Shown one piece after another: positions 1 through 12,084 of a DNA stretch of 64,000 bases. Numbering within the stretch: position 1 is the stretch's first letter; each line of letters starts with the position of its first letter. The notes beneath the pieces are model-generated. The model had not been told where the DNA came from, searched no databases, and saw only the letters and a list, made by a program, of their open reading frames with translations. The position numbers and the translations under genes are program-made. The stretch is from the NCBI GenBank assembly GCA_028534125.1, contig CM052816.1:54872001-54936000 (forward strand). The letters run 5' to 3'. Origin of the DNA: Lama glama (taxonomy: Eukaryota).

Positions 1-910
1 CTGATATACGAGCACACCAGACATACAAGGAACTCACACAACTTAATAAAAAAGAAAACCAATTTAAAATGAGTAAAGGACTTGATCAGATATTTCTTTA
101 AAAAGGATATACAAACTGCTAATAAGCACATGAAAAGATGCTCAATATCATTAGTTAATAGGAAAATGCAGATCCAAATCACAGTGAATACCACTTCATA
201 CCCACCTGGATGGCTACAGCAAGAAAGACAAACAATAACAAGCCTTGTGAAGATGTGGTAAAACTGGAACTTTCATACAACGCTGGTGGGAATGGAAAAT
301 GGTACTCACCTTGGTAAACAGGTGGTTCCTTAAAATATTAAACACAGAACTGCCATATGATCCAGCAATTCCACTCCTAGGTATATACTCAAGGGAACTG
401 GAACCATATGGTCACACAAAAGCTTATACATGAATGTTTACAGAAGTAGTATTTATAATAGCTAAAAAGCAGAAACAACCCAACACCCATCAACTGATGA
501 ATGGATAAACAAAATGTCCATCTACAGAATGGAATGTTACTTGACCTAGAAATGAATGTGAAATACACTGACACATGATTCAGCAGAGACGAACCTTGAA
601 AACATTATGCTAAATAAAAGAAGCTAGACACAAAAGGCCACGTATTACATGATTCTATTTATATGAAATATCCAGAATAGGAAAATCAATAGAAACTAAG
701 TATATTAATGTTTGCTAGGGGATGGGAGGAGGGGGAAAAGAGAGTGACTGCTAATGGGTATGAAGTTTCTTTCTGGAGTGATGAAAACGTTCTGAATTTA
801 GATAGCAGTGATGGTTGTACAACTTTTTAAACACATAAAAAATGAAAACACAATAAAAGGGTAAATATTATGGTATATGAATTATATCTCAGTAAAGCTG
901 TTATAAAAAG
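1..910 (+). mobile_element. L1 (L1MB-like) ORF2 end and 3' UTR fragment
   Basis: Typical L1 3' motifs: aagatgctcaatatcattag, ccatatgatccagcaattccactcctagg, aatggataaacaaaatg, ending tatctcagtaaagctgtt. Confidence 0.9.
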
Positions 911-1211
911 GGAAGATAACCTGACATACACGTAGCAGCAGAGATGCTCCTTTCTAGTGCAACCTTCACTAGACAATAATGCCAAGGTATTGGATGATGG
1001 GACCATAGAATATCAGAGCTGGAAAAATGTACTACAGAGATGTACAAAAAGAAAACTGAAGTGCAAAGAGAATTGGATATACAGTCTATAATTTGGATTA
1101 TTCTACTTCACCACTCCGTAAAGAATGCCAAAACAGAGACAGTTCAAAATCAAACAATTCCCTACAGTGTTAAGTGTTAGCACAGTGACTCTCCAGGACA
1201 AGATAGTTCAA

Positions 1212-1400
1212 TGCTATCCAATGGAATGTTCTGTGATGATGAAAATGCTCTGCACTTCGGCTGTCCAATATGGTAGCCATTAGCCACGTGTAGCGAATGA
1301 GCATTTACATGTGGCTTGTACGAAGGAAGAACTCAATTTTAAATTTTATTTAATTTTACTTAGTTAAAATGGTCACATGTGGCTGGGAAGTGTAGGCAGG
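1212..1400. mobile_element. MER3-like hAT-Charlie DNA transposon relic
   Basis: Contains tccaatggaatgttctgtgatgatgaaaatg and ctgtccaatatggtagccattagccacgtg. Boundaries are approximate. Confidence 0.7.
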
Positions 1401-1712
1401 TTCCATAGAAATTAACAAAGTCCTACACGTTTGGGGATATTTTTAAGGTTCAAGTATGGCTAGTTAACATCATGAATTGTTTCTCTAATGCCAGCTGGTA
1501 AAATAACATCTGGAGCCCTAATTCATGGCTGTACTAAACGATGAATAAGTACAGCCACCAGTTAACTTTCTACCATCTCTATTACACCATAGGGTCTTAG
1601 GACAGAAACTATAAGGTCTAGAAATGAAAAGCACAGAAGCCGAGCTATGGAAATGGAAATTTTTGAAACTCTAGCAAAAGGGATCTGTGTGGAGGCCACT
1701 TCTCAATACCAC

Positions 1713-1790
1713 CTTCTTCTTCTTCTTCTTCCTTCTTCTTCTTCCTTCTTCCTCTTCCTCTTCCTCCTCTTCTTCTTCTTCTTCTTCTAC
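1713..1790. repeat. (CTT/CCT)n microsatellite derived from an L1 tail
   Basis: Directly visible; it abuts the L1 3' end. Confidence 0.95.
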
Positions 1791-2237
1791 CATTTTTAAT
1801 TGAGTTATAGTCATTTTACAATGTTGTGTCAAATTCCAGTGTAGAGCACAATTTTTCAATTATACATGAACATACATATATTCATTGCCACATTTTTTTC
1901 CACTGTGAGCTACCACAAGATCTTGTATATATTTCCCTGTGCTATACAGTATAATCTTGTTTATCTATTCTGCATATGCCTGTCAGTATCTACAAATTTT
2001 GAAATCCCAGTCTATCCCTTCCCACCCCCTGCCCCGTTGGCAACCACAAGTTTATATTCTACATCTATGAGTCTGTTTCTGTTTTGTATTTATGTTCTTT
2101 TTTTTAGATTCCACATACGAGCGATCTCACATGGTGTTTTTCTTTCTCTTCCTGGCTTACTTCACTTAGAATGACATTCTCCAGGGACATCCATATTGCT
2201 TCAAATGGCGTTATGTTGTCTTTTTTTATGGCTGAAT
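1722..2237 (-). mobile_element. Young lineage-specific 5'-truncated L1 with target-site duplication
   Basis: L1 3' UTR motifs (ggcaaccacaagttt, ttagattccacat, ttcacttagaatgac). TSD aataccacctt[c/a]ttctt at 1705-1721 and 2238-2254. Confidence 0.9.
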
Positions 2238-3019
2238 AATACCACCTTATTCTTAAAAATAAACTATCAACCAGTCATAAAATGCTATAGCGCATTTACG
2301 TATGAGCGCATGATACTTGAATATATGTACCCAAATGTACACATAAACACATAGTCACACACTAACAGGGGGCTTCTGCTTCCCAGGTTAGTGTGATGGA
2401 CAAGAATTAGTAAGGAAACTAAACATTAACAAGCACAAAGCTTACAAAATAAACATTCTTAAAGCCAAACATTATCTCATTTTGTCAGTTATTTTTCATC
2501 AAAAACCATCATAAGCCACTTACAAATGTGATATGCCATGAAATAGAATACATACTTAATAAAAATTTTAATAATTTTTAAGAAGCATCTTTATCTTGAC
2601 ATTCAAATTAAGGTAAAATATTTAGCTAAGTATCTTCTGAATAAATGACCCCATAAAGACCATTGCTAAGAATGAAAAGATTTACCTGTAGGAAGAAAGG
2701 GACCATCTAACATGCCTCAAAATTATTCCAAATTATAACACTCCAATACATATGAAGAAAAAGCAAAAATATTTCTCTAACATGCAAGTTACGTCATCTC
2801 AAAACACTGGAAGATCAGGAAAGTCTAAGGACTATCTACGTACAAGGTATTATCATTTTACCCTACAATATTTATAAACTGGAGAACACAGAACACTTAT
2901 GTCATTCTCAGGACACTCCCTTGGGTAGACCGTTCTAAGTACTTTTAAACATCCCATCCAAAAATGACCTTTACCGAACTACATCTGAGAAAGAGAATGT
3001 GTTCCTAACAGTCGATCAC

Positions 3020-3035
3020 CTGGGAATGAGTGCAT
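3020..3035 (-). CDS. IQGAP2: Candidate alternative first coding mini-exon of a short IQGAP2 isoform (MHSFP + G, phase 1)
   Basis: Minus strand reads ctggc ATG CAC TCA TTC CCA G|gtgatc. It ends in phase 1 like exon 12. It resembles the MHSLP N-terminus I recall for a short human isoform (unverified). Confidence 0.65.
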
Positions 3036-5116
3036 GCCAGCTGACTTGATTGAAATCACCTGCTTAAGTTTTCGGGGCGTTTCTAAGAACACAAGCTGCT
3101 GATGTCATAGTAAATGACCTCACAGGAGCTGAAAAGCCTTCCCAGAAGCCCTCTGGGCACATCTGCATCACTTTCTCTGTTGACAAGTAAAGAGAAAATC
3201 CCACGTGAGCAAAGACTGCTGAGCCTCAGTCCATGGCCCACTTCTTTAAATCACCATGTGATACTAGGATATTCTAGTCCAATGAGAGAGTGGACATTCC
3301 CTTTTTGAGACAGCTGATAAGGTAATCAACAAAGAATGGTACCTACTAAATTTCGAAAGCAATAATTAGAAGGAAGAAAACCTCCTTGTTTAAGCTACGT
3401 GGTTAAAATAATACTCCTCTATGGCTCAACTGGGAGAAGTGAACTCTCCATTAAGAAATCAACAAAGCATCCAAGTCTGAGGAAATGCATTTAGCAGCTC
3501 CTCCATTAAATTCATCCTCCATATCTACCATTTCCTATTACCTGCATGCCTCACCCACACCACAACTCAGACACAGGAATAGACCTTGGAGTGTGTGGCA
3601 GGGATGGGGTGGGGAGAGTAATGTACTTTCAAGATGTCCATGAAAAATTCTCAGTTCCTTCAGATGATTTAATTTCTATATTGCACAATTCATGCCTGCT
3701 TGCAATGCTATACATTTTTATTTAGATTTTAAAGCAATTAACTAAATATATGGTATCAAAGTCAATACTTCAAGAAATGTAAACAAAAATACTCCATTTT
3801 CACAAAACAACAATCCAAAAGACAGAGAAATTAAATCTTTTGTATTAAGGCCCCCCAATTCTGGAAAGGATATATTAGTCTCTAAAATAATTACTCGGGT
3901 GATGACACATGCTCTTCATGCCAAGATGCTTAAAAGAAATGTGAAATGTCCCATGTGTGGTATGTCCCATGGAGAATAACTTACTAGCACAGTCACCTAG
4001 ATAAATGTCATGCAAATGCAGAATTTTTTGCTTAAAAATATCCACCTACAAAAGACCACTTCACTTTTAAGTTATACTTATGTTACTGTTTTTCTTTTCC
4101 TGGTAAAAGCAAAAGCACTATATGACAATCTGGGACAAGATGGCACCTCCCCCACCCCCTCTCTTTTAATCAATGTCAAGAATGAGAGTAAAACTACACT
4201 TGTTCAGCACTGAGAACTCACACCTTCACCTGTATAAGCAGGACATACAGAAACCACCAAAGCAAACCTGGTCTGCGGGTACTGCCAGAAAGAATTGGGA
4301 AAAAGTTAGAAAACAAAGATGGAACGTGATCCTGTGTTTTTTCTACCCAAAGAGAGGCGTCCTACCCTTGCATGGTACCCAAACCGCTGCTGCAGGAGAC
4401 TGGGAGTGTGCAGCTGGTGGTCAAGGAGCAAAGCAGAAGGGTAGGAGGCTGGGGGACTGAGTTTTGTAATGGGACACACACACCAGTGCTGTCCGCCATT
4501 TCCCCTTCCTCCTCGTCACTAATGATGCTGAACATCTGCTTAAGTTAGTGCTCCCCTCTTAACTAACATCTGGCAAGCCACCAGCTCCCAATGTGTCAGG
4601 AAAGAGCTAAGTGGCTGGTGGGGAAGCCACCTGACTGCAGGGATTTCAAAATGATTCACTGAAAGGAAAGGCAGAGAGGCAGCAGAAAGTCATGAGGTCA
4701 CAAAAGAGGACATTCAGATCTGCACACAACTTGAAAAGGACAAAGTGAAAAAAGCGTTCAGGAATCAGTCTAACAGTGGCATCTCTGGTACACCACGTCA
4801 AGGCAGCACACCTGGACCCTGTTCTCTATTAGCAGCCGAGAATGAGATGTTCAACAAAAAAATCAAACCCAGCATTGATTTTGGGAACAGTGCTCATAGG
4901 ATAAATAGTCAAGAAAGAGAAGGAAACTATTCAAATACAACTAACTAACAAAGTCAACAAATACCTTTTATCTCAAGAGTGATTCTAGTATAATAAAATA
5001 TGACACAATATTAGAAGATCAGAGTTAAGACCATACCAAGACAAAGTACAGCAAAACACCATAAAATTTGTTTACATTTATAAAGAATAAGTGTAGAGCT
5101 TAAGCAATTTATGAAT

Positions 5117-5545
5117 CTTTTTTTAATACAATTTTTAAAAGTTGCTTTCCAGTTACAACAATATTAAAAATACTGGCTATATTCCTCACATTGTACAATA
5201 CATCCTTGAGCCACTTTACACCCAGTAGGTTGTACCTCCCACTCCTCCACCCCTATATTAGCCCTCCCTCCTCCCCAGTGGTAACCACAAGTTTGTTCTC
5301 TCTGTGAGTCTGCTTCTTTCATATTATATTCACTAGATTGTTGTACTTTTTAGATTCCACATACAAGTGATACCATACAGTATTTGTCTGTCTCTGTCTG
5401 ACTTATTTCACTTAGCATAATGCCCTCCAAGTCCATCCATGCTACTGCAAATGCAAAATTTCATTCTTTTTATGGCTGAGTAGTATTCCATTGTACTTAT
5501 ATACCACATCTTTATCCATTCATCTGTTGATGGACACTTAGGTTG
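5117..5545 (-). mobile_element. 5'-truncated L1 3' UTR fragment
   Basis: T-rich tail, then gtaaccacaagtttgttctc, ttagattccacatacaagtgata, ttttatggctgagtagtattcc, gatggacacttaggttg. Confidence 0.9.
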
Positions 5546-6415
5546 TAAGACCATACCAAAACAAACTAGAACAAACCATTGTAAACTTTTAAGGAAGGAT
5601 CTGCCTATTCTACTGGCAAACTTGGAGCTAGTGAGTTAGAAAGCTAAGTCAAAGCTGGACAGTAGAATGAAGGTCATTAGGACACTAATAACCCTAGTCC
5701 AGTGTCAAATTGCTCAGAGAAAGCCAAAGAAGATAGCAGTGGTTGGTTTGCTTTCATGATGAAAAAGCCAGCTTGAAGCTTGAATTTGCTAATTTACATT
5801 ACAGAAAAGGAGCAAATATACTGATTGCCTAAGTTACATAGCTCCTCATTCTTCAGTCTATTTACAAGTAAGAGGCAAATAACAAGGAAGTGAGCTGACA
5901 TTTAAGAAAGCACGTCTCAGGGCATCTTTTCTTGGGATTATCCACTTTCATGCTGGGAGCTCACAAGTTCTAGAAACACAGCAAATCACCATGACTTGTG
6001 ATCATAAAACCACAGTTAGAGTGTGTTGCCATGTCTTCTGAGGGCAGGAACTTGTGTTGTATTTCAGAAAAATGCTCAAATCAAAGGTCAAAATAAAGCT
6101 AAGTGCTTAAAAAGCTGAGTTATTGAGAGCAGTCATCTCTCAAGTACCAATAAATAAGAAAATACTAGGACCTGTATTTATGTGTTTTTATTCTATCCTT
6201 TTATGTCTTTTTATGTTTGCTTTGTAACATTTATGATATGTTGAGACAGAAGTACAGAAATAACATTTAAACATAAATGCACACATACATGTTAGGGGAG
6301 TATGTTCAACCAGGGCTCCATGAGCACAAATTTACAGCCCTAATTCAGAGAACTATGTTGTCCGGATACCTTACTCTCCCGCTGTAACTAGAGAAGGGAA
6401 GTGTTCCATACTTAC

Positions 6416-6540
6416 GGTCATTTTCTTCTTGAATTTCAATATTAACCATATCAATACAATTCTGAATTTCATTCCAGCTTAAGTTATCTTGCCCTTGGGA
6501 TAAGGCTTCCTTTTTAATGGAGAGTAGTGCATTTCCGTAA
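6416..6540 (-). CDS. IQGAP2: IQGAP2 exon 12 (125 nt): YGNALLSIKKEALSQGQDNLSWNEIQNCIDMVNIEIQEEND
   Basis: Acceptor cctacag|T TAC and donor GAC C|gtaagt. The frame is open and the peptide is recognisably IQGAP2. Confidence 0.96.
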
Positions 6541-6925
6541 CTGTAGGAGAGAAACAGGCATGATACTCATCAGGGACATTCACTCTTTGTTCAAGTCACG
6601 CACCTTAAATTTGACACAGGTGGCCAAATGGGATGTGCTGAGGTTAGACACCATGTCAAATTGTCTTGTGCAGCTTTGTCACCATACACTGAGCTCATTG
6701 CTATTAATGGTGTTTTTTTAAAAAAAATATTTATGTACAAATGCTGTTTAATGAAAATTCCTTAAATTCCAACCTCATACGTAACTCAAGTTTTCAATTC
6801 TGTGAAATTTCTTGTTTTTTAGTTACTAATTTTCCTTCCTTTTGCATGTCTTGGCTCTGCTCAGTCTTCAGATGAATGGATGATAAAATTCAGAATTACC
6901 ATGGTTCTCAATCTTTCCATTGACA

Positions 6926-7022
6926 GTCTTCCTTTTCTTTCTTTCCTCCCCTCCCCTCCCCTCTCTCTTTCTTTTCTTTCTTTCCTTCCTTCCTTCTTTC
7001 CTTCCTTTTTTCTTATTCTTTC
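6926..7022. repeat. Polypyrimidine (CTTT/CCTT)n low-complexity tract
   Basis: Directly visible. Confidence 0.9.
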
Positions 7023-7560
7023 TGCAAATTCAAGCCTTGAGAGACCTTTTCCGTGGTAACCCTAACATAGCTGGGTTACCTTGTGGCTTAATAGGTTCAA
7101 TGACACATCAAGTAAAATGCAAATGCAGTTCCAGAAACCTTGCTGAGTAACACACAACTTCCCTGTACGTTTTCTTGAAGAGATGGTGCAGGAGTTGAAC
7201 CAGAATATTCTAGAATTCCTCTTCACCTGCCCATTGCTCCTCAGGCTTTCAGGTAGCTACTCACAACCTCTGCTCTGCGTCTGCTCACTGTCACCTCATT
7301 TCTGACCCCTGATCTCCGTGCTCTGCACAGCCCTCTGGAAAACAGAGTTTGCTCAACACTCCGATTATTGTTCTTGTCTTGAGAAATTTTAGGAAAAAAG
7401 ATTATCCATCCTGACATATTACTAAGAATTTTTCATTTCTCCATCATCAATTCTCCCATTCAAAAGTGATAGAGCTTATGTCATAACCACAAGCTAACCA
7501 GAGTGAGCTCTTCCAGGCCCAAGTACAGAAGCTCAATAGTTTAGTTTGCTTTTCATCTTT

Positions 7561-7704
7561 TTTGTTTTTTGGAGGCAGTAGGGGAGGTCATTAGGTTTAT
7601 TTATTTATTCATTCATTCATTCATTCCAATGGAGGTACTGGGGATTGAACCCAGGACCTCATGCATGCTAAGCACACACTCTACCACTGAGCTATCCCCT
7701 CCCC
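7561..7704 (-). mobile_element. tRNA-derived camelid SINE (vic-1 type)
   Basis: Reverse complement reads ggggagggg atagctcagtggtagag...gcttagcatgcatgaggtcctgggttcaatcccc (A and B boxes), followed by an aaacctaatgacctcccc tail. Confidence 0.88.
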
Positions 7705-8584
7705 GCTGCTTTTGCATCTTTACACCAGGGCAGTAATGACCCATCCTCTATGGACATATTGTATCGCTATGCAGTCTGACCTCTGAATAGAACCTATGGA
7801 GATGCTAATAGTAGAGGTTTAAAAGAAGTAACATCACACGGAGTCTAAAACTGTTTTCCTGGTTATGACAAATTTTCTCGAAGTTCTGCCCACTCCAAGA
7901 TGGCACTGAGGTGCCTTCCACTGAGTGCAGCTTGAAAGAGAAAAACATCATTCAAAGTAGGAAGCAGTGGTGATGACTCATTTTCTGCGGCTGAACGAGG
8001 CATCATCAAACACAGGCCCGAAACTGCCTCAATGTCCCGTGTGAGAATTTCATCTTATCAAGAGTATGGAACCTAAGAAAATACTCTGCTCTACTTACTA
8101 GTAGCAATATATAATAAATAGCACTAAGCACAGTAACAGCATGGGTGAACGGCAACTCGCACCAATTCGCATCCCTTAGAGGCGGGGACCATCCTGTAAG
8201 AAAGCCCAAAATCCTTACGGGCATTTCACATGCTTGACATCTAACGATGAGCCCATGGGGATAAAATGAAAAAGCTTAAGAATGAAAAGAGAAATTAAGG
8301 AAAACCCACAAACACCCATCATTTCTTTAGAAATGAACAAACACCACCCAAAGGGAAACGATTTAAGGAGTAACACAACTGAAATCCACAGGCTTTCCAT
8401 ACAAGTGTTGGTCTCCAGTACAAAAGGGATCCACTTGGGAAAATATTCTGTAGTTTACCCAGACAGGTCTAGGTCTCTTTCTCCCCATCTCTCTCAGAGC
8501 TCTCCTGGCCATCTGCTACGGAAGGACTAGTAAGGGTATCTTTCTAACAGACTTGGGGAGCTTTGAGAGGATTAAAATTCCAAT

Positions 8585-8730
8585 TTCATTCCACAGACAT
8601 TTATTAAGCACTAATTATGTGCAACACCTGTGGCAGGCATTATAGGGAGATTAGGAGGAGCAAGATGCAGCCTTTACTTCAAGGAGCTTTCAGTCTATTA
8701 GGCGGGATGACAAAAACTCAGAAAGTGTAT
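8585..8730 (-). mobile_element. L2 3' fragment
   Basis: cattccacagacatttattaagcactaattatgtgc...caaggagctttcagtcta. Confidence 0.6.
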
Positions 8731-11336
8731 AAAAGCAAAGTGCACGAAAAGCCATAAAAGTAGAGACAGTCTGTCAGAGTAGAGGTAACGGGAGTTCCAA
8801 GGAAGAAGTGAAAGGAAATGCTTAGTTCTGGAGGACCTTGCCTGGGACAGGAAGTGAACCACGCAATTCATTCTCAAAACTGTTCTGCAGATGTGGAGTA
8901 GGTGTTTCTGTTGTGGGGGGTTGTTTTTGTGCTTTATAGATGAAGAGAAAGGGGCTTGGCTAGGAAGAGTCAAACTTAGATATCCTGGGCTCCAAGACTA
9001 TTTTCCTCTAATCACATCCTGCTAGTTCTCAGAAGAGATGCCATTAGCTGGGGTGGGAGAAGCATGCAAACTGTTCATGGAAGCATCATCTTTGGCAGGG
9101 AGGCCTTGAAAGCCCAATGCCATGCCAGGCAGAGATGGGTGGCAGGCACCGTGTTCCCAGTGGGGAGAGGAGCACGCAGAGGAGCAGATTAGCCAGAATG
9201 AACACAGTGTATCCAGATCCAGCTTGTCTGGAGTGCAAAATAGGAGGAGGGATGTAGCTGGAGCAAAGGGCAGAACACGCTCAGAGAAGGAATCTGTTCT
9301 TAATTCAGATAAGAACAGGAGACAATCAAACAGAGGCGCATTATAAACATAGTTACATTTTAGAACAATTAATCTGGGAACAACGTATGCCTAGAGCCAA
9401 TGCCAACCCTACGTTACTCTTGTGAGAATCGGACAAGAGAACCTCTCTGAGAAAACGCAGCCCCAAGGGTGGATGCCATGGTAAATTCGTAGAGACTCTG
9501 TAAGAGCTCATCAAGGTGGCCCTGTCTAGTACCCATATACTATGAAAAACTTGTACAACCATAAGGGAGAAGCCCAGTGTTCCTTAAACTTGAAAACCTG
9601 CCAACTTGGGCTCCCAAGAACTGGGTTAAAAGCTGACATGGAAACTGAAATGTTGAGGCTCTGGAAGATGACTTGGAGCCAATGTAACGGTCAATAGAAG
9701 AACCAAAGGGGACCCTGGAATTTCAAGTCAGCATTGGGTCATCCAGGTGACTCAGAAAGTGCTTAAATCAAATTTTTAAAAGATTATTTAAACACAATTT
9801 TTTAAAGTTTTTCATACAGAATACTTGAACTCTGAAGCTGTATCTGTGGCCCCAGTTGAAAAACCACAGGAATAAAAGTAGTTCTCAAATAGGGCATAGG
9901 ACCATTACCTTAATGCGCTATTTGCAAACTGGCACGGGAGCAGAGAGGAGTTTTAATAATACAAATAGATGACCTGGAGAGAGAGGGTACCATCATTTAG
10001 AGGGCAATGGCCAAGGATGCTCAGTCTGTGGGACAGTCTTGGTAATTATGTCATCAACATGCCCTATGTCACTGTGAGGCTTCATTAGGGAGTGACCAAC
10101 TCTGTCTTCTCTAGCACTGAGAGGCAGCAGCAAAGCCTTGTTAAGTCAGAATCTACGAGGACAGAAAAGACATAGGAAGACCAGTTGGAGGTTATTACGG
10201 AAGCAAAGGTCTAAATGAGGTGGGCACTGGGAAATGGAAACATTATGCAGAGTTATCATGCACAGGGATTGGCTACTGTCTAGGAGAAAAGTGAGCAGGC
10301 TATTCACAGCACTAGGGTGCTCCACAGAGGACAGAGGAAAACTCAAGTCATCGTGAGGTTTCTAAGCTTGGAGGAGAGGATGTACCATTAAACATAAACA
10401 GTGGAGGTAGAAATAAATTACTTTGGAAATAGACTTACATAAGTTATAGGAAACAGGTAGTCAAATTTAAGACATGTAAGAGCACTGGTTTTTCTTAGAT
10501 GACTAAAAACAAGGAAAATCTGTCCTCCTACTTTTGGGCCATTCTCTACATAGACAAGCGGTCAAAACCATTTTTTAAAAATTGAAGTCTCTTTTATTTT
10601 TCCTGTACAACTGTACATGACCCCAGAGAATCACTCAACCTATCTCTTTCAGAAGTTCCAGAACCAGCATCTGAAAAGTTCTTTTGTCAAGATCTGTGAA
10701 GACATCTCCCCCTGGTGGTCACAAGAATCCAGGATGGAAATTCACTTCTTTTAACTTGGGCTTTTGTCTTAGTCTCTAGTTGGGCTCCTTATTCCTGCCC
10801 CTTAATTTTCTCTCTAGATCTGCTATAGTGTTTTAAAATTCTATCAACTGTACTATCGAGTAGCCTATTTCAGGAACATGAAATGAAAGACACTAAATTG
10901 TTACCCACTGCCATGATCCACTGTGGTCTCAGTATTCCTTTGGTTTAGCCATCAGAAGAATAGGGTTTTGGGCGCAAATGCCCAACTTTGGATCCATAAA
11001 TTCAGATTTAATTTCCTCATCAGTAAAATAAGAAAACTGGACTGAACGATTATTAAGGTTGCTTCCCACTCTTCTATACTCTGTTGTCTCCAAAAGAAGC
11101 CCAAGAGAAAAATATACTTTCAACTTTTATTTTCAGCCTATCAAATTCTTTTTGCTAATGATAAAGTCAGTCAGTAATTGCCACAGGATAATCCTCCTTA
11201 GACGTTTTGTTCCTCTACAAGGAATACTGCAGAGAAGAACTCTAATATTAGAAGTACTCTTAGAACAAAGCAGACTAGCTTTCAAGAAAATAAGCATGGA
11301 TATATGGATTTCTTCAGCAAGAACAAATCCTTCGGG

Positions 11337-11836
11337 NNNNNNNNNNNNNNNNNNNNNNNNNNNNNNNNNNNNNNNNNNNNNNNNNNNNNNNNNNNNNNNN
11401 NNNNNNNNNNNNNNNNNNNNNNNNNNNNNNNNNNNNNNNNNNNNNNNNNNNNNNNNNNNNNNNNNNNNNNNNNNNNNNNNNNNNNNNNNNNNNNNNNNNN
11501 NNNNNNNNNNNNNNNNNNNNNNNNNNNNNNNNNNNNNNNNNNNNNNNNNNNNNNNNNNNNNNNNNNNNNNNNNNNNNNNNNNNNNNNNNNNNNNNNNNNN
11601 NNNNNNNNNNNNNNNNNNNNNNNNNNNNNNNNNNNNNNNNNNNNNNNNNNNNNNNNNNNNNNNNNNNNNNNNNNNNNNNNNNNNNNNNNNNNNNNNNNNN
11701 NNNNNNNNNNNNNNNNNNNNNNNNNNNNNNNNNNNNNNNNNNNNNNNNNNNNNNNNNNNNNNNNNNNNNNNNNNNNNNNNNNNNNNNNNNNNNNNNNNNN
11801 NNNNNNNNNNNNNNNNNNNNNNNNNNNNNNNNNNNN
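11337..11836. other. Assembly gap (500 N)
   Basis: Run of N. Confidence 1.
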
Positions 11837-11920
11837 TCCCACTCACCTTTCCTAAACAGCCTTCCTCACTGCTTGGACTCAGAATTCACATCTCTGTACC
11901 CGGAACCTCCTGTGACTTAC

Positions 11921-12084
11921 CATGGCGTTCTGTTTCTGGAGGTTGAAGAGCTCGGTCTGATACATCGCAGCAGCAAAGGGATACACAGCAGGCAGCTGGG
12001 CCTCGGGTTTCTCCAGTGCGAGCAGCGTATTCTCAGGGTCGCCTTCTGGAATGACAGCGTTGATGTGGTCCACCGCAGCCAGCC
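11921..12084 (-). CDS. IQGAP2: IQGAP2 exon 10 (164 nt): (R)LAAVDHINAVIPEGDPENTLLALEKPEAQLPAVYPFAAAMYQTELFNLQKQNAM
   Basis: Acceptor cctcag|GG and donor ATG|gtaagt. It lies inside ORF 11879..12400. Confidence 0.97.

Noticed and set aside
1671..1859. Poly-E / poly-K-R ORF
   Set aside because: It is a translation of the (GAA)n microsatellite and L1 tail.
1..3000. IQGAP2 exon 13 and the nested antisense F2RL2 (PAR3) gene
   Set aside because: I found neither the exon 13 peptide nor a GPCR ORF; both are expected beyond the left edge of the window.
4200..4400. ATG CAA GG|gtagga and other donor-like sites on the minus strand
   Set aside because: Phase 2 is incompatible with exon 13. At most this is a UTR exon, and there is no further support.
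7620..7704. tRNA-Ala-like sequences (also at 19620, 24185, 37880 and 60546)
   Set aside because: They are SINE heads with shared non-tRNA tails, A-rich ends, mutations and, in several copies, TSDs. They are not tRNA genes.
11059..11946. Long ORFs (183-295 aa) in the ORF track
   Set aside because: They are artefacts of translating through the N gap.
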